A stretch of DNA of 64,000 nt from the NCBI RefSeq assembly GCF_006345805.1, contig NC_043003.1, positions 47,926,001 through 47,990,000 of the forward strand. Reading direction: 5' to 3'. Of this stretch, positions 40,241 through 51,905 are shown in pieces. Both the position numbers and the translations under genes were made by a program. The stretch comes from Octopus sinensis (Eukaryota). Every line of letters begins with the position of its first letter. Within the stretch, counting starts at the first letter, position 1. The notes below the pieces were generated by a model. That model was not told where the DNA came from. It was given only the letters and a program-made list of their open reading frames with translations, and did not search any database.

Positions 40241-40254
40241 ATACTCACTCCAGG
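40241..40254 (-). other. Strong splice donor 56 nt downstream of the ORF stop
   Basis: Minus strand CCTGGA|GTGAGTAT, GT at 40248-40247. Confidence 0.5.
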
Positions 40255-40304
40255 GTATATGAGTAAATAAGTAAGTGGTCAACAACTCCTTTAGAATGCC
40301 AGGT

Positions 40305-41045
40305 TCATGCTTTACACTCGTGGAAGTTTATCATGGGTCCCTGAGTTAAATCAGAGAAAGACGACCTGAAAGAATAAGACTGAGATGACTGATACAACAT
40401 TTTCAGATTCTGACGATCTTCTTCGGTTAACGTTTCCAGCAAATCGTGCAAAGCATTTCGTCGGGTACGACACCTGGAGAAATTATTATGGTCCGGAGAT
40501 AACAGCTCTGGTGTAGGGTCGTCGGGAAAATTTATAGTTAACATTTCAGCAGATGGTGATAAGTTGGAAGAATCGAAGTTGGGAGAAGAAATTAACTGGC
40601 AGCTGGAAGTCGATGAAGTTGCCGCTGTACAGATGTTTGTTAAACAACTTGGTCGATTAGCATCTCGGCAAAGGGGTAAGCTGCTTCCACCAAGTCTTTC
40701 CTCCCGACTAATTTGTAGGGATAGTACTTTCGTAGTTTCTTTACAGCTTGTTGTACCACGATTTGGCAAGTTTTCTGAACTTTGCGACAGTTCTTGATCC
40801 GTATTTTCGGTACATTGTCTCAGATCTTCAGTTCCAAACTCGTCCAAGTCGTCATCCGACATGCTATCCACTTCACCATCACTATTCAAATTAGATTCAT
40901 TTCTGTGTAATAAAAAATCTCTGACGAATTTTTGGCGATTTTCTATACTTTCAAAGATATCAGCCATACCATTTCGTCGCATTCTACGAGGGTAAGATTT
41001 TAATGAAACCGACTCCCTTTTTTCTTGCTGTTCACCACCAGTCAT
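40305..41045 (-). CDS. Single-exon 246-aa Ser-rich, probably disordered protein with two PKI-like pseudosubstrate repeats
   Basis: Longest non-repeat ORF in the window (track 40305..41135); first ATG at 41045 (MTGGEQQEKRE...), TGA at 40305-40307. Internal repeat RRMRRNGMADIFESIENRQ / RCRTRRNALHDLLETLTEEDRQ resembles PKI GRTGRRNAIHDIL. Lies downstream of a promoter-like region. Confidence 0.8.
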   Translation of the reverse strand: MTGGEQQEKRESVSLKSYPRRMRRNGMADIFESIENRQKFVRDFLLHRNESNLNSDGEVDSMSDDDLDEFGTEDLRQCTENTDQELSQSSENLPNRGTTSCKETTKVLSLQISREERLGGSSLPLCRDANRPSCLTNICTAATSSTSSCQLISSPNFDSSNLSPSAEMLTINFPDDPTPELLSPDHNNFSRCRTRRNALHDLLETLTEEDRQNLKMLYQSSQSYSFRSSFSDLTQGPMINFHECKA

Positions 41046-41138
41046 TGTGTAATATGTATTAAAATATAAAATCAGTTCGGTTGAAAAGTATCTTCGGTTC
41101 AATCCTGTTGATGTTTGAGTGAAATAATTGAACAAGCT

Positions 41139-41218
41139 TCTGTTAGTTTGTTTGTATGAGAGAGAGATTTCTTAGCGTCAATACAGAACGAAGGCTTTTG
41201 TAGCACTAGACAGCTCAC
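41139..41218 (-). other. Putative 80-bp 5'UTR intron
   Basis: Minus-strand donor GAG|GTGAGC at 41218 and acceptor ...ctctctcatacaaacaaactaacag| ending at 41139. Confidence 0.35.
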
Positions 41219-41249
41219 CTCAAGTAATTGCTTAATAACTAGTCAGTAA

Positions 41250-41385
41250 GAATACCAATCGATTAAAAGCTTCGACTACCGGTTATCAGCCAATCAAAAC
41301 GCTCGTGTGCACCAGAAAACGTGACGTCAGCATAGAAGCGGGTTTTCCTCCCCACTTCACCTCCCGTATTAACGGACTTCCTCTT
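41250..41385 (-). promoter_or_regulatory. Proximal promoter with full CRE, two CCAAT boxes and an ETS-type core
   Basis: TGACGTCA at 41322-41329 (context TGCTGACGTCAC on minus); CCAAT at 41255-41259 and 41290-41294 (AGCCAATCA); ACTTCC at 41376-41381; CpG-retaining, 200-340 bp upstream of the ATG. Confidence 0.65.
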
Positions 41386-43041
41386 TTTTCCCCAGTAGTT
41401 TCATTTTATTCATGAGAAAAGAAAAAGAAATCACATTTTGACTGCGACCTCACCCATGTCTTAGTGATTCTGTTTAGAAATTCACGCCTGAATGAAAAAT
41501 TCTAAATAAAGTCTGCCGAGATGCAAACCAACCAGAATACTAAGAGAGTGGTGGTACTGGTGGAAGGGAAAACCGAGAATAAACGTGACGAGCAATTAAT
41601 GACACATGTTTGACAAGCTCGTCATTAATTGCTCACCACCATCGCCGGCTAACTAGATAGTATTCTCATTAGCTCGGTCTGGTTACGACGTTGGAATCAA
41701 GGTCAGGAAATCGCTGCTTGTTAGTGGTTTTAGGATGGATATTAGAACCAAACATATATGCAAATGTTTATACTTGCGTACCACATATACGGAAATGTTT
41801 ACACACGCAACACGTGAATATTTATTTATATACACATACGAACACACACACACATGCTCGTGATGTATTATAGATATGTTTTCATATAAACACAAACAAT
41901 TCACTTTCTGTTGCAGACATGCATACATTCACATATCTTTGTTAATTTTACGCATGTCATCTTAAAATAAAACCCAAAAGTGATATAGATGCACACGTAC
42001 ATATATTTATGCATAAATTAAAATGCGTATAGATGCATACACGATAATTGTACACACATATACACACACACACCGTCTCTCTCTCTCTCTCCCTCTCTGT
42101 GTATTACAATTTGAACGGTAAGTTAATGAATAAATAATGTGGTATATCTAAATAAGGCTGGCACACTACAGCAAGGTGTAGCCCTGGATATTTCCCCCGT
42201 TTAGCAGCAGAAAATACCGCTACGCCAACGCTAGCTGCATGATAATGATTTGTTTATTGTCGATTTCATCGATCTCGTTAATTGGTATGGCCATGGAAGG
42301 ATTTGAACTCAGAAAGTAAACGGACATAACTTGATACAAGACTTTGTTAATTCTGCAAATCACCACCCTTAGCAGATGCACAACAATAATTTGTTGGTGT
42401 CAGGAATATTACTCGTACAAGTTTTGAGTAGAGGACCTGCAGTACGCATTAGTAATGCAAAGTACCCAATGTGATGCGTTATCGTCTGCGGGGTCATACC
42501 CGTTCTAGGTGTTTGCATAATATTGACTTCTTACATAGAAACAGTTTTATATTTATAAGTGGCGAATACGCATATTAGTGGCGGTAAATCTATGCCTTTT
42601 TCAAAAGGATGAACAACATAAATGAAATTATCTACAAAGATTCGAAACCGAGAACATGGCACCAGTTCACCACGAGCATATTTCCGCTGCATAAAAGTAA
42701 ATCTAATGATTTTTAGTATTGGCACAAGATCACGTATTACGGGAGTGCCGCTTTTACCGGCACAGAATGAAAAGGGGGTGGGGGTCTTATTTTATTGATC
42801 TCAGGAGGACGAAAGGCAGGGTTGGCTGATCGTAATATGAACTCAGATCCTAAAAGCATTTTGCCCTGCATCCGAATATCTGTATGTATAGGCGCAGGAG
42901 TGGCTGTGTGGTAAGTAGCTTGTTTACCAACTACACGGTTCTGGGTTCAGTCCCACTGCGTGGCATCTACTATAGCCTCGGGCCGACCAAGGCCTTGTGA
43001 GAGGATTTGGTAGACGGAAACTGAAAGAAGCCCGTCGTGTG

Positions 43042-43105
<64 letters not shown>

Positions 43106-43437
43106 TATATATGTGCGTGTGTTTGTCCCACTAGCATTGCTTGACAACCGATGCTGGTGTGTTTATGTCCCCGGCAAAAGAGACCGATAGAATAAGTACT
43201 AGGCTTACAAAAGAATAAGTCCCGGGGTCGAGTTGCTCGATTAAAGGCGGTGCTCCAGCATGGCCGCAGTCAAATGGCTGAAACAAGTAAAAGTATATAT
43301 ATATGATCAGGCGAACGAAAATTTTACTAATTTTTTTACTAATGAGTTATTTAAAGCATTCTTTCGTGGACCTACGTGGTCAGCCGGCATATAAAACAGA
43401 TTTAAGAGGTAACACGGTAACTGCCAGGACTATATTA

Positions 43438-44162
43438 GGTTAATATAGGGCGTAACAAATATCAGAAAATCAAAAAAAAAATGTGTGTAATAGGTGTAAA
43501 ACAACTTCCTATGAACGAATATGAAAAAAAAATTTAACCAAGGAATGAGATCCAACATTTCTTCACTTTTTCCAGAATTTCTTCTCTTTATTTTTTTTTT
43601 TTGCGAAATACGGAGTTTATGATTCATGTGTGAGTGTGTGTTCTTGATACTCGTTTAGAACAAGTAGTTTTACACCAATTACACTATTTTTTCTTAGTTT
43701 AAAGGCCGTGGACTGAAGATGTGAAATTTCCGAAGCCTCTCCCCCACCCCCCTTTCGCGAGCGCGCATTTTTTTCATGATAGTCGTTTAGAGCAAGTTGT
43801 TTTACACCTATTACGCTGTTTTTGTTTTTGTGCCCGGTTCAGACGCTTTCGGAAATTCCCGATATAAATATTCCGAGGCCTCTCCCCCACCCCTCTTTCG
43901 CGAGAGCGCATTTTTTTTTGTCATATTCGTTTAGAGCAAGTTGTTTTACACATATTACACTATTTTTTTTTTGTTTTGGTGCCCGGGTCAGCTCCTCAGA
44001 CGCTTTCGGAACTTCCCGATGTGAATTTTCCGAGGCCTCTCCCCCACCCCCCTTTCGCGTGCGCGAAATTTTTTTTTCATATTCGTTCATAGGAAGTTGT
44101 TTTACACCTATTACACACATTTTTTTTTGATTTTCTGATATTTGTTACGCCCTATATTAACC
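43438..44162. mobile_element. Young non-autonomous DNA transposon (Merlin/MULE-like) with ~95-bp TIRs
   Basis: TIR starts GGTTAATATAGGGCGTAACAAATATCAG; 8-bp TSD CTATATTA (43430-43437, 44163-44170); three internal ~150-bp tandem units; CpG intact. Confidence 0.85.
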
Positions 44163-44439
44163 CTATATTATCCCTTAGTACTCCTTTATATATATATGTA
44201 AGGCTGGCAAACTACAGCAAGGTTGTAGCCCTGGATATTTCCTCCGTTTAGCAGCAGAAAATACCGCTACGCCAACTGCATGATAACGATTTGTTTATAT
44301 ACACACACGCACACACACAAGGATTTGAATGTCTTAAGTATATTTCAACTGGTAAATTTGCATTTATACACATCGCTGCTTAGCGTTGTCACCCAGTGTG
44401 TACACACGATACGCACATTTCAAAAGTTATGAAACACAA

Positions 44440-44930
44440 TTTAATCCCAGAAAAAGGGAAACCTATAATATTTTTTTTTTTTTTAATTTTATTTTTCTTC
44501 TTAACGAGGGTGGAGTCTTCGACTTGGCTGAGCATGGACTCAAACTCAAATTAAATGAGGACGAAAGTTCAAATCCCACCCCTGCTGAGGGGGTGAAACG
44601 TAGTAACAAAGCCTGCAACGTTCGAAATAAATTTTTTTTTTTTCACACAATAATATAATATAGAATCCCCCCCAAACGGGAAACCTATAATATTTTTTCC
44701 TCACAACGAGGACAACAGTTCAAATCTCGCCAACGCTAGTGGCGGATGCCACAATAGAGCCTACAACGGCTAAAATTTAATTTTCTTTTTTTCCGCAATA
44801 GTAAATTGTTTATCCCCAAAAACGGGAAACCTATAATATTTTCCCCCCCCTCTTAATAAGATAACAGTTCAAATCCCACCCTCGCTGGGGGGGGGGGGCG
44901 ACGACAATAAAGCCTACAACGGCTTTAATA
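44440..44930. repeat. Three diverged ~140-220-bp tandem units
   Basis: GGGAAACCTATAATATTTT...AGTTCAAATC...AGCCT(A/G)CAACG three times. Confidence 0.8.
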
Positions 44931-45638
44931 AGTTCAATATTAATAATATTTCAACAATTACTTTCTCCCGTCACCGGGGAAAAAGCACAAAAATTTTCTA
45001 AGTTCACGAAAATATTCAACAATAGAAAAATTATCCACGTGCAACAAAACGTTTGACTCACCGCCAAAAAAAGACGTCCGCCTACGACAAACGTAAGCAA
45101 GCTAAAGTAACTTGCTTATCAACCACATGGTTCCGGGTTCAGTCCCACTGTGTGGCACCTTGGGCATGTGTCTTCTACTATAGCTTCGGGCCGACCAAAG
45201 CCTTGAGTGGATTTGGTAGACGGAAACTGAAAGAAGCCCGTTGCATATATATGTGAGTGTGTCTGTGTTTGCCCCCCCCCCATCATCACTTGACAACAGA
45301 TGCTGGTATGTTTACGTTCGTGTAACTTAGCGGTTCGGCAAAAGAGGCCGATAGAACAAGTACTAGGCTTACAAAGAATAAGTCTTGGGGTCGATTTGCT
45401 TGACTAAAGACGGTGCTCCAGCCTGGCTGCCGACAAATGACTGAAACAAGTAAAAGAATAAAAGAATATCTACAGAAAAACTGTGTGCGCACATGCATGC
45501 ACACACCTATGTATAGTGTGTACATATATATGTTATGGTAGTGTGAGTGTACAAAAATACATGTATTCTCTCACTATGTATGTATGTATGCATGTATGTT
45601 TATATACGTGTGTGTGTGTGTGTGTGCATGTGCACATT

Positions 45639-45672
<34 letters not shown>

Positions 45673-46607
45673 AAATAAATAATAAATGTGCCGGAGTGAC
45701 TGTGTGGTAAGTAGCTTGCTTACCATCCACATGGTTCCGAGTTCAGTCCCACTGCGTGGCATCTTGGGCAAGTGTCTTCTGCTATAGCCCCGGGCCGACC
45801 AATGCCTTGTGAGTGGATTTGGTAGATGGAAACTGAAAGAAGCCTGTCATATATATATATATATATGTGTGTTTGTGTGTCTGTGTTTGTCCCCCTAGCA
45901 TTGCTTGACAACCGATGCTGGTGTGTTTACGTTCGTGTAACTTAGCGGTTCAGCAAAAGAGACCGACAGAATAAGTACTGGGCTTACAAAAAATAAGTCC
46001 CAGGGTCGATTTGCTTGACTAAAGGCAGTGCTCCAGCATGGCCGCAGTCAAATGACTGAAACAAGCAAAAGAGAAAAGAGAAAGAGAGTGTCATTTTAAA
46101 GCCTAGAGAAAGAGAGAGAGTGAAATCAGCAAAGCTTGATTCAGCACTCTGGTGGCAGAAGGTACAAGGCAAATATATAAAAGAAGAGAAAGAGAAGATG
46201 GATACACACGCCGATACATCTTCTTTTCTACTTTAGGCACAAGGCCTGGAAATTTGGGAGATGGAGCCAGTCGATTAGATTGACCCAGTAAGCAACTGGT
46301 ACTTAATTTATCAACCCCGAAAGGATGAAAGGCAAAGTCGACCTCAGCGGAATTTGAATTCAGAACATAAAGACAGACAAAATACTGCTAAGCATTTTGC
46401 CTGGCATGCTAACGTTTCTGCCAGCTTGCCGATATATATTACACACAACACACACATCATCCTCATCGTTATTATCTTAACATCCACTTTTCTATGCTTG
46501 CATGGATTAGACAGAATTCACTGAGGTAGATTTTTTAAGGCTAGATGTCCTCCCTGTTACCAACTCTAACCTGCTTCTAAGGCAATGAGCAATAGTAGGA
46601 ATGTTAA

Positions 46608-46915
46608 CCCCTTACCCGGCAGAAACGAATATATGCGTTTTGATCGAAATCGTTTTTTTCTATCTCTGGCGAGTTAACTCGTCAAAAGATAGACTCGCCA
46701 AAATCGACAGCAAACGAGTTCCTTCGTCTAAAAACGGGTTAACTCGTTTCTGCCCAAAGCGGTAATTTAAAATCAATATTATTGAATTAAAATTCATAAT
46801 AAATAAGGTTTGAAATATACCTCGAAATCACCATTCAAAACATAGTAAAATAAAACAATTAAAAAATATATCTGAAAAAATACATTTATTTTCAAAATAA
46901 TTGTTGGGTAAGGGG
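46608..46915. mobile_element. TTAA-target (piggyBac-type) MITE
   Basis: TTAA-CCCCTTACCC ... GGGTAAGGGG-TTAA; CpG-rich. Confidence 0.8.
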
Positions 46916-47329
46916 TTAATAAATAGTGAGGGGGTGGGGGTGAAGTGTGACACACCGACACACAGAAATTAGTTTTCGCATTTATTATATTAGATATCTC
47001 ATGTGATCACATGACTGACCTGACTATCAGATGCTGTTATACATCGCTGATCACAATGTGCTTTGTATTGTTTTAGCCTTTGGATGACACCACACTGCTG
47101 GCCAGGTGAGTAGGTCAACATTCCCCACTGACCAAAAGAGTGACTGGAGCAACGTGAAATGAAGTGTTTTCCTTCAGAAAACAATGTACCACCAGGCCTG
47201 GAAATCAAATGCATAATCTAGCAACTGTGAGCGCAACAGTCTAAACACTAAGCTACATGTGTATCTGTATGAATGTGTATGTGAGTGAATGTAATGTGAA
47301 GATTTATCAAAGCAAATTGAAATGAAAAG

Positions 47330-47850
47330 AGCGACTAGAGCAACACAAAGCATCTGGCACTACCCAGGGGCCAAGATCTGGGAGTATTAACACTGCTTGT
47401 CAATTAGAGGAGGAGCAGAGTTCAGAGGCAAACCAAGGTACTCAGGGCCTCTCAGCTCAATGCACAAGAAAAGTAGATGAAGCCAAAGGCCCCAAGGGAT
47501 TTGATAAAAAGAAACCATAGCTGAATTTGCCACTAGCAACAGATCTGAGATGGGCTCAGTTGGACAAGGACTTGAACATCGTCCTGGACAATATTCTGAA
47601 GGGTGACACTACCAGGAAGGTACAAACTATAGCACATGTGGTATACCAGGCATGCCAAGATACCATTAGCATGAAAGAAAGTAAAAGTAACAAGCAGAAT
47701 GGTTCCAGTATGAGGCAATGCCAGATGGCAGGATTGAGGAAAGAGCTAAGGCAATGGAAGAAAAGTGTCTTCAAAGCAACTTAGCTCAGATTTAGAAGAG
47801 CTTGCAAAGCCACTGAGTAGCTCTTGAAGTTTCTGCACAAGGCAAAGTAT
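47330..47850 (+). mobile_element. R2/HERO-like non-LTR retrotransposon N-terminal remnant
   Basis: WAQLDKDLNIVLDNILKGDTTRKVQTIAHVVYQAC...LRKELRQW, resembling the pre-RT region of RLE-type elements (recognised from memory). Confidence 0.5.
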
Positions 47851-47872
47851 CTCTGGTGTTTATTTCACTTAA

Positions 47873-48091
47873 CCCTTTAGTATTTAAACCGTCCATATCC
47901 GGTCAAAATAGTTAATCTGTTTTATGTTCAAACTGACCAGATCCAGGCTCTCACACCTACCCTACAATGTTATTCTACATTAAGTAATTACACCATCAAG
48001 ATCTTGAAGATATGAGATAATGCATGATTAATTCAAATCAATGGGAATCAATAAGCATTATGTTTGATAGAATAATCTGAACACTAAAGGG
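47873..48091. mobile_element. TTAA-target MITE family with CCCTTTAG TIR
   Basis: TTAACCCTTTAG...CTAAAGGGTTAA; further copies at about 2218-2435, 17728-17845, 24192-24372, 27240-27466 and 34455-34672. Confidence 0.75.
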
Positions 48092-48863
48092 TTAAATATG
48101 TATGTATTATATAAATATATCTTTTATCTTTTAGTTGTTTCAATCATTAGACTGTGGCTATGTTGGGGCATCACTTTGAAGAATTTTAGTCGAGTGAACT
48201 GAACCTAATGTTTTAAAGCCTGGAGCCTGGTAGTTATTCTAAGAGTCTCTTTTGCTGAACTGCTAAGTCATAGGGACATAAAAACAATAACACCAGTTTT
48301 CAAGTGGTGGTGGGAGACAAGCACACACATATATTAGAGAGACCATGCCACAACAGACACCTGGAGTCTGGACAGCCCCCCTTCCTGCCCTCTGGCTGGC
48401 CAGCTCCTGTCAAATCATTCAACCCATGGCAGCATAGAAGACAAATATTAAGTGATGATGATGACATGAAGTCTTCTTTCAGTTTCTGTCTACCAAAACC
48501 ACTCACAAAGCTCTGGTCAGCCTGAGTCTACAGCAGAAGACACTTGCCCAAGGTGCCACACAGTAGGACTGAACCTGGAACCAGGTGGTTGAGAAGTAAT
48601 CTTCATACTACACAACTATGCCTGCGCATCATCATCATCATCATTTAATGTCTGTTGTCCATGCTGGCTTGGATTGGATGGTTTGACCAGGGCTGGCAAG
48701 CTGGAAGGCTGCACCAGACTCCAGTCTGTTTTAGCATGGTTTCTATGGATAGATGCCCTTCCTAGTGCCGAAGTGTTTAGCTTTCTGGAAACCCAGGGTA
48801 TTCCCATAAACTGGCCTTATCTAACTTCTATATTATATATAAATACACACACACTCACACACA

Positions 48864-48907
<44 letters not shown>

Positions 48908-49080
48908 GGAGAGTTTATGAAAAATACAAAAAAACGAAGACAGGTGGTGTACAAAACAAACAGATGTATTAGTATAATGCTCAGGAATAGAAAAAGTCTT
49001 ATGTTTCGAGCCTACGCTCTTCTACAGAAAGGGACACAGAAAAAACAAGGAGAGAAAAAATGTGTGTAGTGGCTAACGAC

Positions 49081-49117
<37 letters not shown>

Positions 49118-49456
49118 AAACCATCCAACCCATGCAAGCATGGAAAATGGACATTTAGTAATGATGATATATATTTATCTATCTATATGTATTTGTATGT
49201 GTGTATAGATAAATGTATATGCATGTGTGTGTGTATGTATATATATATATGTATGTGATCTCTTGAGCACCACCATCAAAAATATTTTTTTCCTCTGTCT
49301 TCCGTTCTTGGGATCTTTCCTTCTCCTTGTTTCCGACGAAGAGCTCCGCTCGAAACGTTAAACCCTCCTTCCCTTCTTTCCTGAGCGTCAAATAATACTT
49401 TAATTGTTCCACGTCCTCGCGTTGCTGTTTTTTTCTGTGTTTTCTTGTTTCGATTA

Positions 49457-49500
<44 letters not shown>

Positions 49501-49503
<3 letters not shown>

Positions 49504-49733
49504 GGTTGGGCAAAAGTCACCCTACAGTAAATCAAAATTCCACAAATACTATTTGTAATTCTGTATTGACTCAAATGGGAACAAGTGTTGCTTAAGAAGG
49601 ATCTCAGTTTGAAAAATTTTCATGATGTTTCATATTTAGATGCTTTTATTAAATACATTCAGTTGTTAAACACAAATAAATCTTGGAATTAAATGGTTTT
49701 AATTTACTGTCAGGTGATTTTTGGCCAACCCTA
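49501..49733. mobile_element. Tc1/mariner-type MITE
   Basis: CAGGGTTGGGCAAAAGTCACC ... GGTGATTTTTGGCCAACCCTA inverted ends. Confidence 0.7.
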
Positions 49734-51905
49734 TCAATATTTATGTATGTCTATATACACTCACACATCTAAAACCAGAAGGAGAAGCATGACTGAGCAA
49801 GCCATAGTGTGTTGTTTGTATGTATATGTTTTTGTGAGTGGTGCTCCTGAAGAAGTGCAAGTGAGACACACAGAGTGTTGTGAGTGCATGTATATATATA
49901 TATATATATATATATTCTTTTACTTGTTTCAGTCATTTGACCGTGGCCATGCTGGAGCAATGCCTCTAGTTGAGCAAATCGACCCCAGGACTTATTCTTT
50001 GTAAGCCTAGTAATTATTCTATCGGTCTCTTTTGCTGAACCGCTTAGTTACGGGGATATAAACACACCAGCATCGGTTGTTAAGCGATGTTGGGAGGGCA
50101 CACACACAGACACACAAGGATATACACACACACACACACACACATATATATAGATATATGACGGGCTTCTTCCAGTTTCCGTCTACCAGATCCACTCACA
50201 AAGCTTTGGTTGGTCCAAGGCTATAGTAGAAGACACTTGTCTAAGGTGCCACGCAATGGGACTGAGCCCATGACCATGTGGTTGGTAAGCAAGCTACTTA
50301 CCACACAGCTGCTCCTGTGCCTATATATATATATATATATATATGATGCCAGCGCCGCCTTGACTGGCTTCCGTGCCAGTGGCACGTAAAAAGCACCATC
50401 CGAACCGTGGCCAATGCCAGCACTGCCTTGACTGGCTTCCGTGCCAGTGGCACGTAAAATGCACTAATCCGATCATGGCTGTTGCCAGCCTCGCCTGGCA
50501 CCTGTGCAGGTGGCATGTAAAATGCACCAATCTGATCGTGGCCGTTGCCAGCCTCGCCTGGCACCTGTGCAGGTGGCAAGTAAAAAGCACCTAATACACT
50601 CACGGAGTGGTTGGCGTTAGGAAGGGCATCAAGCTGTAGAAACACTGCCAGATCAGACTGGCGCCTGGTGCAGCCTTCTGGCTTCCCAGATCCCCGGTCG
50701 AACCGTACAACCCATGCTAGAATGGAGAACGGACGTTAAACGATGATGATGATATATATATGCAAATGTACATAGGGAACATGATATAAAGTTGCATTTA
50801 TCATAATTCATCTGGTATGCAAGCGTGTGTATGTGTGTCTACACAAAATCCACAGTTTGTGAATGAACTTCTTGGAGAAATGTGACTAAATAAGTCATAC
50901 AGTGTGGGAGTGTGTTTACAAAATGGTGTTAATGATGGTGTACTGTAGAATCAAAGTTAGGTGGGCGTTCATCCATTGATGGAAAGCAGTAGCATATTCT
51001 ACATGTATGATGATGATGCTGGTTGTAGTGGTGGTGATTATGGCAGTAGTTGAAGCAACAGAACAGATACTCATTGGTGGTGGTGGTGGCAGTGATGAAG
51101 ATGATGTAGACAGTGATGATGTAGGTAATGTAGTGATAATTTTCATGGTAATACTATTAGTATTGGTAAGTAGAAATATAGCTGTTGGTGGCAAGGATGA
51201 TGTGATTATATCAGTGATAACCGAAATGCTGAGAGAATGAAGGTGACAGAAACAGCTTTGTTAATAGAGGTGGGGTTTCCTTGTGCTGATGAAATCAACA
51301 TAAAGCTATGAGGTGATCCGGATAACGACGATGGTGATGATGGAATTGGTAATAGTGGCAATATTGTTATTGGCTGAGCCGGTTAACACCTCTCACTTGT
51401 AATGTCTTCCTGTCCTACCAAACAAGGAAGGAAAAATTATTTGTTGTTTTTGCACATTATTTCAACCTCACCCCCTCCCCAGTTACAGTAAAAAGGGGAC
51501 AGGAAGGAAAATGAACAGATACTATTTGCAGCAATCTGGTACAAGCAAATCCAAAGACCAAGTCTTCTGTGATGTGACAGTACCAATAATGATGGTGAAG
51601 GTGGAGGTGATGGGTGGTTGTTAGCTCTAAGTCAGTGCTGACTGAGGCAACACATGAAGAAAGAGATTCCAGTTTTGACCATCAAGTTTTCTTTTCTTCT
51701 TTTTACACCTTATGCTACATTGTTAAACACTTACTTCCTTTCATAAAACAATTAGATCAGATTCAAGAGAAATTGATTGCTGTTTCTAGGAACCACACAG
51801 AAAAACCTTTGTTGGCTTAAAACAGTCATGGTATAGAAACCATGGACAGCACAATTTATTTGTACTAATATATCGTTAATAAAAACGCAGTATAAATATT
51901 ATATA

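Noticed and set aside
41046-41135. N-terminal extension of the 276-aa track ORF
   Set aside because: Starts at TTG; the first ATG is at 41045, so this is treated as 5'UTR.
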